Below, piece after piece: positions 46,311-62,783 of a stretch of 64,000 nucleotides of DNA (its first letter is position 1; each line of letters opens with the position of its first letter). The notes under the pieces were generated by a model. The model worked only from the letters and a program-made list of their open reading frames with translations, ran no database searches and was not told the DNA's origin. The stretch spans positions 1,738,231 to 1,802,230 of the forward strand of contig CAVNZM010000009.1 of assembly GCA_963693365.1 (NCBI GenBank), read 5' to 3'. The stretch comes from Amoebidium appalachense. Lineage: Eukaryota; Protista; Ichthyosporea. A program made the position numbers and the translations under genes.

Positions 46311-47075
46311 TGTTGGAGTACACTGGTACTCCCGGCTAGCAATGTCTGTTAGAGAAAGTTTCTGAGCAATTGAATAATTGTTTCAACACTCACTCGAGTG
46401 CATAGAGCTTTTGTTTACGGTCATATTCATATATGGTAGTTATATGTTTGAGCCAAAACTGTACCAATGACGAGCTTCATTAGCAACGTGCTAATTGTGC
46501 TCATTAATTAATATTCCCGGTTCAGATGATGTCATGTTTATATTTGCCACAGGATTCTATTCTTAGAGTGGTAGTGTGCTTTATTCCCGGATATTCTCAG
46601 AATATTTTTAGTTGTGTGAAGTAAGATTTACGTTTAACTGTAATTGGTGTGTTAAACACGTTTATTTGTGTGCTTTAGTGCAAGTTAACTAGCCACTCAA
46701 CGTGCACAGTTAACTTTTATATCTTTAACGACTTGTTTTCATTGTGCTCTCTTTTCGGCCATGCTGTACATGGCCCACCACCAGGGTGCACACGAGGCCA
46801 CCATGAGGTGGCCAACGACTATATAAAGCAGTGCCTCCCATGTCACAAACATGGGAAGCAGAACGTTTGATTTACACTTTTCTACTGTCGTTTTCAGTGC
46901 ACAAAACACATAGACAAGTTACCCATCATACACGACACTATGTCTGACAACTTACAGTTGCAGCAACTAGTCCAACTACTGGAGCAGAGGTTGGCCTCAC
47001 AAGATGCAATCATTTCTGACTTACAGAAGGAACAACGTGCACTAGAACTAGCTTCTATGAACACAATGTCCAACA
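46311..47075 (+). repeat. copia 3' LTR
   Basis: Direct repeat of the 5' LTR, followed by TSD TGCAG. Confidence 0.97.
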
Positions 47076-47191
47076 TGCAGTGCCTCTGCTGGCGTTTATT
47101 AATAATTAATAGGAACAACAGAAAGAGATAGCATCATGAGCGCATGTTTGAAAGGAGCAGCGCGCACGATTCCAGTTGTGCTATTGAAAGC

Positions 47192-47908
47192 TGACATATA
47201 CTAATCCGTCTCAGCAGATTAGCCTAAGTCTACGATCGAGATCCGGGGGGGGGGGGGGGGGTGTGGCCCGGGTCACAGATCATCAAGATCAAGTCCGGGG
47301 CCTCAAGATAGCTGTGCAGCTGCGTGCATCACCTTGCCTCTGCCGGCGCAGGGCATTGGACCACGTCAGCCGGGACAGCCATCCAATAGAATTCTAATTA
47401 GTGTGTAGGATAGATCGTAGGAGGACTTAGGAATGTCATTGTTCGGGCAGAAGCCCTTTTGTAAGGATTGGCAAGGTTTGATAGTATATGTTGCCAAACA
47501 TATTTATATATGTAGATGTAGAGGAAAGGGGGGGGAGGGAGGGGGGGGGGAGGATAGTATGAAATGTAGATTTAGACTCTGCGGTGCCACTAGGGGGAGG
47601 GTGAGGGGTGAGACTTGGATAAATATATTAGTTGAGTAGATCGACTTAGCTCGTGCAGGCGCACGATAAAAGTAGATCGGAATGTTAATGGAATGTGGCA
47701 TCGTAGGGGGCCAGGTGATGATGATCTTGTAGGGCACGGCCTTGATGGCCTCAGTCGTTACTTAGACTCATTCCGTTCGGATCTAAGTTGCCCGTCGGAG
47801 CCTGGTCTTAATAAACTTTACCGTTTTTCTATACACGTTCGTTCCTTTTCGTGTGTGTACACTTAGTAGAGTGCCGCGTCTCTAGTACACATATATTAGG
47901 ATACGACA
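47192..47908 (+). repeat. gypsy 5' LTR
   Basis: Direct repeat of 54834-55567. TATTTATA at ~47501 and AATAAA at ~47810. Confidence 0.95.
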
Positions 47909-47997
47909 AGCTACACCTTTCTTTTAGTGCGGTTTTTCGCGCTAGGGTAACGCGGTGACAGTTCCTTCTGGGCTGTTGCTACACCTCAACCACACAG

Positions 47998-48029
<32 letters not shown>

Positions 48030-48067
48030 ATAAACACAACCACACAAGTTTGGGCACACACCACACA

Positions 48068-49403
48068 ATGGCTCAGTTTAACGTAGACATGTTCTACGCA
48101 CTGGCAGCGGAGGATAGCTCCCTGCACACACAGGTACCACAGGTTCATACACTAGACGTTAGACAGACCACAGCTTTCAGTTTTATACTCAAACACGACT
48201 CAGAAATACCTAGGTGGCTCAGGACACTCCTAGCTAACACACCCACACTAGTGCTAGACACAAAGAAGGCCCCCACTGTGGCGGCCTCGTGCTTAATGAT
48301 CAAACAGTGCATCGACCACAAAACAATGGCCGACTTATGCACCCTGATGGAGGAGCACCCGTACCGGGCCGAGCAGGCCCCCCAGGTGACGGCTCGTATA
48401 TACGAGCAGCAGTACGACGAGGGAAGGGACGAGATGGTGTCACGGACACTCGGCCAGAAACGTCTGGCCGCACGGTTCATCCCCGACGACGAGGACGAGA
48501 ACAGCACCGACGACGTGGACGGGGAGCTCGAGGCCTTCACACGGCCGGAAAACGAGCTCGAGTATACGGCCCGGCTCGTCGGCCGATACCTGACGGCCGA
48601 CCGGCGCCGTACCTTCCGGGCCCAGCTCAGAGAATGGAAGTATACCTTTCCCACTTTAGATATGTCCCCCGTAGAAGCTCGTGCATTCTTTGAGAGGGAG
48701 TATCGGGTCTTTGAAGACCTTTGTGAGTTAGCAGGTGACGTGAGTGATAGGGAAAAATTCGAGTTTGCTCGTAAGGCTCTCTCTGTAAACACAGACACTG
48801 CACGCATGTTTGGGGAGCATGATGATGTAGATGAGGTGGTGTTGCATGTTAAACGTCACTTGCTTGCCATGCACGAGGTGAAGTTCAATAAGAGGGATAA
48901 AAAGGAAGTGATGGAAGTAGACAAGAAAAAGAAGGAGAGTGGACCGAAGGGGGAAAAAGAGAAAAAAGAGGGTGAACAGCCAGATGCACTCACCATGTTG
49001 GTCAAGCAGGTTGCCGAGCTCTCCCAGGCCGTCTTCTCGGGCCGAGGGGGCTTCGGCTACCGGGGTGGCCGTGGCGGCGACCGGGGTGGACACGGCGGTC
49101 GTGGCCGAGGTGGACGTGGAGGACAACAGCAGCAGTTCACCGAGAGGTTTGCCCCTTATCTTGCTCGTGGTGTGGGCAGGGTAGAGGGAGGGGTGGAAAT
49201 GGTGGTGAGAGAGGCCGAGGGGGGCAGGGGGGGAAGGGGGGGGCCGTGGTGCACACGGTGGGCCCCCCCAGCATGACCGGGCTCCCGGTTATGCTTTGCG
49301 CCAAGGTTTTGAAGTCCCCCCTGGCCCCTTCTTTGGTGCATGTTACTTTTGTGGCCGGCAAGGGCACTCTGCTGCATATTGCCGTAGTTACAAGAGCTAT
49401 TGA
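48068..49403 (+). CDS. gypsy gag with RGG-rich C-terminus and zinc knuckle; frame changes in G-runs at ~49180 and ~49240
   Basis: ATG at 48068 in a long ORF. RGG repeats, then CYFCGRQGHSAAYC (CX2CX4HX4C) at 49341-49382 and TGA at 49401-49403. Confidence 0.75.
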
Positions 49404-49645
49404 GTTCCGGGGGAGGGGGAAGCTGGGGTCACTGAGGGAGGGGGGGGGGACAGTATCGGTCCCCCCCAGGTTGCAGAGAACCTTCACCCTCCCCCACCCC
49501 AGGTTAAGCTTCCCTTTGCCCCCTCACCGCCCCGATACGTGTGGGAGCCGGGCATCGTCGTGGGTCCTCAAGACAGCGTCGAGGTGGTATGGCATGAATG
49601 TTTGTGGGGTGACTCTACCAAAGGTATGAATGGTGTGAATGTTTT

Positions 49646-52600
49646 GTGGTTGGGGGAGGTTCCCCAGCCACAAGTGGATGGTCTCAGTGTTTCTTGTCCC
49701 AACCCGGTGTTTATTCTAACCACACCGGAGGGGGTTTCTGTGCCATTGTTTCCGGGAGGGGGGGGGGACACACACGAGTAAAGGGGGAAGGGGGGGGGAA
49801 GGCACAGACACGTAGAAACACACCACCACAACAACATACGACGGTTGCAGACACACCTACACCCACACACACACCCACACATACACCAAACACACACACA
49901 CCACCCACCCACACATCACACACACACACTCCACCACCACCCACACCACATACACACCCCACCCCACCCGTGCAGGCACCACAGGTAGGTATGTTGCACG
50001 TAGGTATCGAGGGTGTGAGTCTTCGTGGGCAGGGATTGGGTGTGAGTGATGATGTGTTGCTTGAATTGGAGGAGGATTTAGTTGGTTTTAGCCGGCATTA
50101 TATAGACGTATGGTTAGCCGATGGGAAGTTGAAGGCTGTTGCTTTGCTCGATGGAGGGGCTCAGGTTAATTGTGTGCATGCTTCGTTTATTCGTCGTTTT
50201 AATCAGGCCGGAGGGGAAATTCCTATTTTAGATGCTTCTAGCACAGCCTTAGGCAGTGCTAATAATAGTAGTATGTCTGTGGAAGGTGTTTGTGTGTTGC
50301 CGTGTGAGATAGGTGGCCAGGCTATGCATATTGCTTGTTATGTGGTTAAGGATTTAGCTCAAAGTGTTTTGTTGGGAGCCCCATTTTTCCGTAGACATGT
50401 GAATGCTTTGTTTGAACGTACGAATGTTTTAGAATTACAGTCCGGCGTTAAAATTAAAACCCATGATGGGCTCGACGGTTATCAGTCTGGTGCTAGAACG
50501 GTAGCTGAAGTAGTAATCGAGCCTTATCAGTGCCAAACGGTACGTGTCCGAGCCGGCAATCATGTTAGGATAGGGGATTTAGGGGTTTTCACTCCGAAAA
50601 CCCCATTTCAGGAGGTGGCCCAATGGACCCTTAGTAGGGTATGGCCGGATAAGACAATAGAAATAGAATTAGTGAATCCGGGCATCGAGCCTATAGTGAT
50701 TAGGTCAGGTGTTTCCGTCGGTAGTTTCACTAATGAGATTGGTAGTATAGAGGTCTCTCTTATTACCCAAAAGGAGGATGCCGGCTCGAAGGGTGACTCA
50801 GGAGGAGGGGGAACAACTTTATTTAACGTTAGCCACCAAAATGTCACCCGACACGATGGGGGGGGGGGACCGGGACAGCACCGGTCCCACTCCCCCGACC
50901 CCCACGAGGAAGGACGGTCACCCCGGGTGTGAGAATGTGCAGGCAGGGGGGGGAGGGTGTTGGTCTAACCCGTGGATCTGACGGGTTAACCAACACCGTG
51001 GGGGGCAGGGTGGCCACAGACCTGGCCCCCCACATACATGCACTAACTCATCAGGAATTGCCCGGGGGCATTGGTGTGCCGGGGGGAGGGGGGGGGTGCT
51101 AAGGGTGACCGCCTATATCCGGAGGTACCTCAACCTCACCCCGAGCAGCACCGATGTAATACAGGAGGTGAAATGTTAAGTGGCACTCCGGTGAATAAGG
51201 ATGCATCCACTTGTGATGGGGGTAACCCGGAGTTAGTATTGCCGTTTGGTATGAAGGAGGGGGATTGGACGGTAGAACAGAAAAAATTGTTAGCTAAGTT
51301 ATTTGATAGGACTCGGTTTGCATTTCTGGCCGATGATAACGAAGTAGGCTTCGTTAAAGGGTTTGAAATGCAGATCGACACAGGTGATAATAGGCCGGTA
51401 GTGATGCCTAGCTATAGAATGGAGCAGTATAAATTGTCGGATGCGCTAATAATAGTGAGTGATATGTTAAAAAAGGGTCATGTGGAGCATAGTTCGAGTC
51501 CGTGGAGAAGTCCGGTGCTATTGGTTAAGAAGCCCGACGGGTCTTGGCGTCTAGTGAACGATTACAGGGCTCTGAATCGGATCACTAAGGCAGACCAATG
51601 GCCTCTCCCTAACATAGACGAGCAGCTTTCACAGCTGCACGGCTATACTCACTTTGCTAAACTTGATTTAAAAGCAGCTTTTTGGCAGATAAGGTTGGAG
51701 GAGAGCAGCAAGGAGAAGACTGCCTTTGCACTGGGTGACCAGCTGTTCCAGTACAAGGTGGTGCCGATGGGTTTGCTCTCCTCTCCAGCTATGTTGTGCC
51801 GGGTAATGTATAAAATTCTCCACCCTCATTTGGATGTATGCCACCCTTATTTGGATGATGTTTTAATTAAAGGTAGGTCATTTGAGGAGCTAGTTAATAA
51901 TTGTGAAAAAGTATTTTTAGCTTTGGGTGAGTCCGGTCTTCGCATTAGCGGTAGCAAGACTGTGATTGGTGTGCCGGAGGTTAAGTTTTTAGGTCATATT
52001 GTGTCTAGTAATGGTCTTGCCCCTGATCCGGAGAAAATCCGGGCCATAGTTGAGTGGCCCCGTCCTCAGACTGTCACTCAACTAAGGCAATTTTTAGGTT
52101 TAACTAATTATCTTCGTCGTTATATTAAGGATTATAGTATGCTTGCTTTGCCGTTAACTAGTCAGACGGGGGGGGAGAAAAAGAATAGAATAGATTGGAA
52201 TGTTGATGCTGTTTCTGCTTTCGAAAAGCTTAAGTTAGCTTTGCAGTCTTCGAGTATGCTTGTTCATCCTGATTTTTCGGCCGGGGGGGGGATGTTTAAA
52301 GTTCGGTGTGATGCAAGTAAGGTTGCTGAGGGGGCCGTGTTATATCAAGTGCAGGAGGGGCAGGATAGAGTGATTGCTTATGCTAGTCGTTCATTTAGTA
52401 AAAGTGAACGTAGATATAGCAATCCGGAGAGAGAGTCCCATGCTATCTTTTGGGCAGTCTCACGGGCATGGGGGTATATACTCGCAGGCAGGACGTTTGA
52501 GGTCTACACCGACCACAAGCCCTGCCTAGCCATGGCCGGCACCACTCGTCTGGTCAACGAGAGGATGCAGAAGTGGGCCGCGGCTCTCGGTGAGTTCTCC

Positions 52601-54651
52601 TATAAATTGTTTTATGCCAAGGGTGAAACAATGGTTGACTGTGATGCTCTCTCTCGTGCTGCTTATATTTTGTTTGAAGAAGAGAAGGAGGGGGAGGGGG
52701 GGGGCTAGTGAGAGACGGGGGGGGGAGGGGGGGAAGGGGGGGGGAGAGTGAGCAGAAAGGAATAGATGCTGTGTCTGTTGATGTTTCTTCTTGGGCTCCG
52801 GGGTTGCTTGCTTATAAGTGTAGGGGAGGGGGGGGGAGGTATTTGTCAGTGTCTGAGGTCGGGACCGAGTCTCATGGCTCGGCCCCTGCCTTAGCACCTA
52901 CGGCTTTAATCTTAGCTCAGGAGGAAGATGTGTTGATTGGTCTGGTTAAGAATTATTTAAAGGGGCCGGTTGATTCGATTAAATCTAAAAATAAAAGGCA
53001 GATGATTAAGGTAGCTAAGTTAGCAAAAATGTGTCAGGTAGAGCAGGATTTAGTTTATCATTGTTCTGGGCCAGACGGACACCGAGTTTGGGTCCCGACG
53101 GCACTTGTGCCTGAGGTTTTGCATATGGTGCATGAGCATCCCATGGCTGGTCATTTAGGTGTAAATAGGACGTTGCTTCGTGTTAATCGTTCGTATTTTT
53201 GGCCGGGTATGAGTAGGGAGGTGAGGGATTATGTGTTGTCATGCATGCATTGTCAGGAAAGGAATGAGAGTCCCCACTCTCGTTCCCGCCCGTCGTTTAT
53301 TAGGGATTTTAATGTTCGTATGTTTGAAAGGGTAGCAGTGGATGTGGTCGGTCCTTTTAATTCTACGGTTGAGGGTAACACTGTTCTTGTTACCGTCACC
53401 GATGTGGCCACTCGTTGGGTTGAAGTTTTTCCTCTCCCCACTGCTAATGCCGTTTTGTTTGCTCGTATTTTTGTGGATGAAATTTGTCTTAGGTTTGGTT
53501 GTCCTCGTGTTTTGTTAACGGATAGAAGTCGTGTGTTTTTAAATCAGTTGGTGTCGGAGGTGTGTAAAATTTTAAGGGTAGCTCATATCACTACGTCTGC
53601 ATATCACCCTCAAGCAAATGCCATCTCTGAACGTGTGCATGCAGTGTTTCAGAAGTCCTTTGGCAAAATGGTGGATGTGGAGGCTAATGATTGGGATCAT
53701 ATGTCTAGGTTTATTGCTCATTCATATAATTCTACCCCTCATGCTGTGACTGGTTTTTCTCCGTTTTATTTGGTCTATGGGCAGGAGGCTATTAGTTTGT
53801 TAGATACGGCACTTTTGCCGATGGGGGGGGCTGACCGACTAACTTATCCCCACTGGACTGAGTTCCGGGAGCAACTACTAACCCGGGCCCGGGCTGCACG
53901 TGATGCAGCTCTGGCCCGTACACAGCAGGCACAGACACGTGCAGACGTGTCCACACGTCCGTTACGTGAATTTGCCGAGGGTACTTTAGTTTTAATTAGG
54001 GATCATACTAGGAAAAAGAGATATAAGCAGGAGCAGGAAGGTAAGGGTGAAGGTGAAGGTCTTCGTAAGTATGGTAAGAAATGGTTGCCTCTTTTTATCG
54101 GTCCGTATAAAATAGTGGCTAGGTTAGGTCCGACGGAATATAAGGTGCAGAGGTTAGATAATGAGAGAGATGTTAGATTTTATAATGTAGATGATATAAA
54201 GGAATATTATGATAGGGCCCTTAGGGTTAAACGGCCGGAGGGCCGTCGAGTGTTAGATGCATTCACCCCCGACTATGACGGGTCGGTGGATGTATCGGAG
54301 GCTGCAGTAGATAAAATTATGGATAAAAAGGTTATCGAAGGTAAGGAAGGTAAGGTAAATTATTATTTAATTCGTTTTGAGGGAGGTTATCAGGAAGATC
54401 AGTGGTTGCCTGAGTTTCATTTGGATTGCCCGTTTTCTATTCGTGCTTATGAGGCTAGATTGGTGCAGAGGGAGTTGCCTAGTGCTCCCTCTCGGCCAAA
54501 GAGAGTGATTCCTATGTTTAATCGTGGTGTGAAAAAGTCGGTGGGGGAGGGGGCCGGGGGGGGAGTGATGCAAATACACGTAGACACACGGGGGGAGGGG
54601 GAGGGGGGGAGGAGACCGAGGACGAGTGTGAACGTAGTCGTAGGAATTTAA
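49646..54651 (+). CDS. gypsy pol: protease, dUTPase-like beta domain, RT, RNase H, integrase, chromodomain; broken at G-runs (~50860-51070, ~52700)
   Basis: LLDGGAQVN, SPWRSPVLLVKKPDGSWRLVNDYRALN, YLDD, CDAS..GAVL, YTDHKP, H-HPMAGHLG...CMHCQ, D..D..E (VAVDVVGP, LTDRS, NAISER), IGPY and VDKIMDKK...YYLIRFEGGYQEDQWLPEFHLDC. Confidence 0.92.
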
Positions 54652-54833
54652 TTTATTATCATAGGTGTCTCCGTAGGTATCAAGCTTATGGTGTAGATTA
54701 ATTTATTATTTTTCTTCGTAATTTATTTAATTTAATTTTTTTAGGAGACTGATTAGTCTATGTCTTTTTAGGGGGTGTTAGATGTAATGTGACTGAGGTG
54801 GGACTCAGCTTTTCCGGGGGCCGGGGGGGGAGT

Positions 54834-54884
54834 TGACATATACTAATCCGTCTCAGCAGATTAGCCTAAGTCTACGATCGAGAT

Positions 54885-54924
<40 letters not shown>

Positions 54925-55567
54925 GGCCCGGGTCACAGATCATCAAGATCAAGTCCGGGGCCTCAAGATAGCTGTGCAGCTGCGTGCATCACCTTGCCTC
55001 TGCCGGCGCAGGGCATTGGACCACGTCAGCCGGGACAGCCATCCAATAGAATTCTAATTAGTGTGTAGGATAGATCGTAGGAGGACTTAGGAATGTCATT
55101 GTTCGGGCAGAAGCCCTTTTGTAAGGATTGGCAAGGTTTGATAGTATATGTTGCCAAACATATTTATATATGTAGATGTAGAGGAAAGGGGGGGAGGGAG
55201 GGGGGGGGGAGGATAGTATGAAATGTAGATTTAGACTCTGCGGTGCCACTAGGGGGAGGGTGAGGGGTGAGACTTGGATAAATATATTAGTTGAGTAGAT
55301 CGACTTAGCTCGTGCAGGCGCACGATAAAAGTAGATCGGAATGTTAATGGAATGTGGCATCGTAGGGGGCCAGGTGATGATGATCTTGTAGGGCACGGCC
55401 TTGATGGCCTCAGTCGTTACTTAGACTCATTCCGTTCGGATCTAAGTTGCCCGTCGGAGCCTGGTCTTAATAAACTTTACCGTTTTTCTATACACGTTCG
55501 TTCCTTTTCGTGTGTGTACACTTAGTAGAGTGCCGCGTCTCTAGTACACATATATTAGGATACGACA
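54834..55567 (+). repeat. gypsy 3' LTR
   Basis: Direct repeat of the 5' LTR, followed by TSD AAAGC. Confidence 0.95.
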
Positions 55568-57728
55568 AAAGCATCAGGGTAATTTTGGATGTATGGAAGG
55601 TAGCGACTAGGAGTTAGTAGGAAGAAAGAAACGTTTATGTACAATTATTCAATTGTGTTTTTTGGAGTAGGTCAATACGGTCACAGCGTAAGCAGTAGTT
55701 TAAGAGTTCACGCGCGATATATTTTGTTCTGCTCACGAGCTGATGACTGAGTGACTGGAAAAGTTTCTCATAAGCACTGCTACTGCACCATTGAACGTCA
55801 GATTGTGGTTAGGAATGCAAGGGGCATGTCTGATGCAGGAATTGCTCAGTGAGTGTCAGAGTACGTGTGAAAGCAAACTGAGTTTTGTTCTATTTCCGTT
55901 TCGCTCTTCGTGACAAAAAAATGGCTGCAGCTGTGAACTCCGAAGTCTGTGTCACTTGATAAATATGGAGGCGTTCTGTGTGTTTTGATTGGCTCTATTT
56001 AACGCGACATTAGGGGCACCCGGTGATGTATCTCCCTGGGGTTGGCATAAAACCATTGGCGTAGCAGTCTAATAAAAAACCATTGCCTCTAATTGACCAC
56101 TCACATTCGGAGTCTGTTTTAAAGGTTTTGCCGATTTTTCTAATTAAAAGTGCGTTCCATTGTTGGTTGCAATCTGTAATGCTGCTCGTATGTGTAATAT
56201 GTGTGGGGGGCGGTTTACTCGCGGCTGCATATCTATCAATAAATGCAACCTGTTAGCTAATGTATTAGAACCGGAGGTTATTGGCGGTTTTATTCTCTTT
56301 TCTTCATCTCTTCCTCAATATATCCGTTTTAAGATGACTATCCTAGATCACCTTATTAATGCTGCACAGTATGATATTGTGATCCGGTGCCTTAACTTTC
56401 TGTCGGAGCTACCGATGCTAGCATCTGCTTACCCATAATATGTAATAGGGGTGTCAGATACTACGCTGGCGCTCAGTGTTGCCTAGCATGTACATATGTC
56501 ACTGGCTGCATTTGATTGGCTGTGCTGGAAAACGCAGTAGGCCGTCGAAGGTGGCTGGGCCTCCGGCAATGTCCACGCAATAAGAAGTGTGTAAACCCCA
56601 TGGTACATAGTACCGGAAAAGCGATTGTTCTGCCCATTTTTCTGCTATTTGCCCGCGGCACACTCCGATAATCGTATATTCCGTACAATAGTTTTAGAGC
56701 CCCGAAACGTAACCCACACAGTACGTGCCTGGCACGAGTGTTTTGGGACAGTCATTTAATCTTTCCTACCTAATAAACTTCCTTGTTTTTTTATCCCTTG
56801 CATTTTTATTATATGTATAGAATATATTTCTAATAGCTTTTCCACGTGCATAAATATAGGTCTTTATGCATTTAAATTTGGCCCGGTGCCTTGCCAAATT
56901 CCGGAATTTGGCTTATAGGTCGAAGGGTAATTAGAATTAGCTGCAGGTTTCGAAGTACACATACAGGGGCAGGCCGAAAATTTATACGTAAATTTTCGGC
57001 TCTAATTATTAAATATTCCAGAAGTCTCTAATCCGTCCTTTCACTGGATGATCGATGGTGTAAGAAACAAATTGATTGCAAGCACACACAGAAGAGTAAA
57101 TACATCTGAGAGTGCTAGGGCTGGCAGCGCCGTTATATCGTCTTTAATGCCTAAATTTGACCCACGACGGAGGAGGACAGCCGGGGGGGGGGGGGGGGGG
57201 GGGGAAGGACCCATCTTTTGACACCAAGTAAATAAAACAGAGAAAGTCGGGAGGCAAGCAGTTTATGGCCTCCGCCAGGGAGTCTTCATACTAAGAATTT
57301 CGTTTACCGAACAGCAAAGCCGCTGTGTGCTCACACACACCATACTCGTGTGTCTCGATCAATACATGCATGCAGCATCAAGTGTACCCTGCTGCTGTGC
57401 TGTGCCCAAACGGCACGGCACATAAATAACGGTGGTCTATGTGTCCACAAGTACGCAGTTAAAAGCGTGCAACAAAACATGCCTATCCAGGTGTAACCCT
57501 CCTACTACCCTGGCGTAACAGCATGTATGTGCTGATAGGTGCAACAAGCAAACGGAGCATGGTAGGCCCACACACATATCAAGCCCCCATACTAAAACCC
57601 CGTGCTGTGTTTTTTTTTCTTCAAAGACAGTTTTGCTCGACCATACATGACAAGGCATTTTTTGCGTGGGGAATCCACGAAAGACATACGCATACAATCA
57701 GTCCGCCCAACTCATACATGGGCGCTGC

Positions 57729-61554
<3,826 letters not shown>

Positions 61555-62677
61555 CTTGACTTCGTCCACTGCAAAAAGTCATATCATCAGAGATCATCCC
61601 ACCCACGATCACCAAGGTAAGCTCAGCAAACGATCAACACAAGACTCGAGAGTTGCGCTTTCTTGAAAGAGCAAACACCAAAAACCTTTATGCTTGGTTG
61701 TAACAATACTTGCAAACGGTGCAACCCCTTGAATGAAAGGAATCTGGAAAAGGGCTAAGCTCAAATCTCGATGTTCAATAAAACAAATCGTCGAGCTCCA
61801 GTACTTTGAACTCCACCAGTCTGTCAATCACCTCCCTGCTTGCCAGCACCTAGCATATATTTTGCTGGCTACAGAGACACTATGTAGGCTGTGCCACAAC
61901 ACCAGATCCAGAAAAAAAACCTTGCGCTCTCCTCTTTCATAAGAAAAGGGGATGTTTGCTGCTCAAGGAAAAATTGCGCTGTTCGATCGGCCATGAACTA
62001 TGTTCCAAAAGTCTATTTAAAATGGCTATGGCATCAGATCCCGAAGACGAAGTTGGGGCCACCACCAACATGTTCTCTCAGAAGAGAACTTTTCCAGCGC
62101 CGAAAGAAGGTAATTGTCAGTTTTCGAGGCGTTCTAAAGTTGCCGCGTATGACTCGAATAATACCGTGACGCATAATAGGAAGTAACTTGTATAGTAGCG
62201 GCGACAATATAAGTGCAACAAAGGATCCTCAGTGCATGAAGTAAAGTCGTTCTCCATGAGCAGATTCAAGTCAAACAGATCTCTACCTGCTAGCTGCAGC
62301 AGCAGCGTCCAGCCCTCTTCTACTCTTTCCTCTCCCCTCTAACCACTATCGGAAGTACAGATGCACACAGATGGTGCACCGATGCTACTTCCTTCCCTCT
62401 GCTACGCCCGATACTTCTTGGATGCTAAACGTAATTTCTACCGTCACGGTGTGAAAAACTGACGCGCACTGCAACCGTGGCCGTTGCGGGCACACAGCCA
62501 CCGTTTCGCATCAAAGGAGCCGCGTTCCATCGTGCAAAATCGATCAATTTTAGCCAATAGGAATACAGTTTTATTTTGATTGGATACAGCTGAAAAGGTC
62601 CGATTGGTTTAGAGATCAGAACGCGGGATTTGTTTTTTTTTGGCGGGCTTTCTGAGCTCGAGCTCATAGTCATGCGC

Positions 62678-62783
<106 letters not shown>

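Larger units (their letters stand above)
41198..47075 (+). mobile_element. Full-length Ty1/copia LTR retrotransposon (5878 bp)
   Basis: 765-bp LTRs 41198-41962 and 46311-47075 (TGTTGGA...TCCAACA, no differences seen by eye). TSD TGCAG at 41193-41197 and 47076-47080, PBS GGTTATGGGCCC at 41964-41975, PPT GAGTAGGGG before the 3' LTR, domain order gag-PR-IN-RT-RH. Confidence 0.98.
47192..55567 (+). mobile_element. Full-length Ty3/gypsy LTR retrotransposon with integrase chromodomain (8376 bp)
   Basis: LTRs 47192-47908 and 54834-55567 (TGACATAT...ATACGACA) differ visibly only around G-runs. TSD AAAGC at 47187-47191 and 55568-55572, G-rich PPT before 54834, domain order gag-PR-RT-RH-IN-chromodomain. 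Confidence 0.97.
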
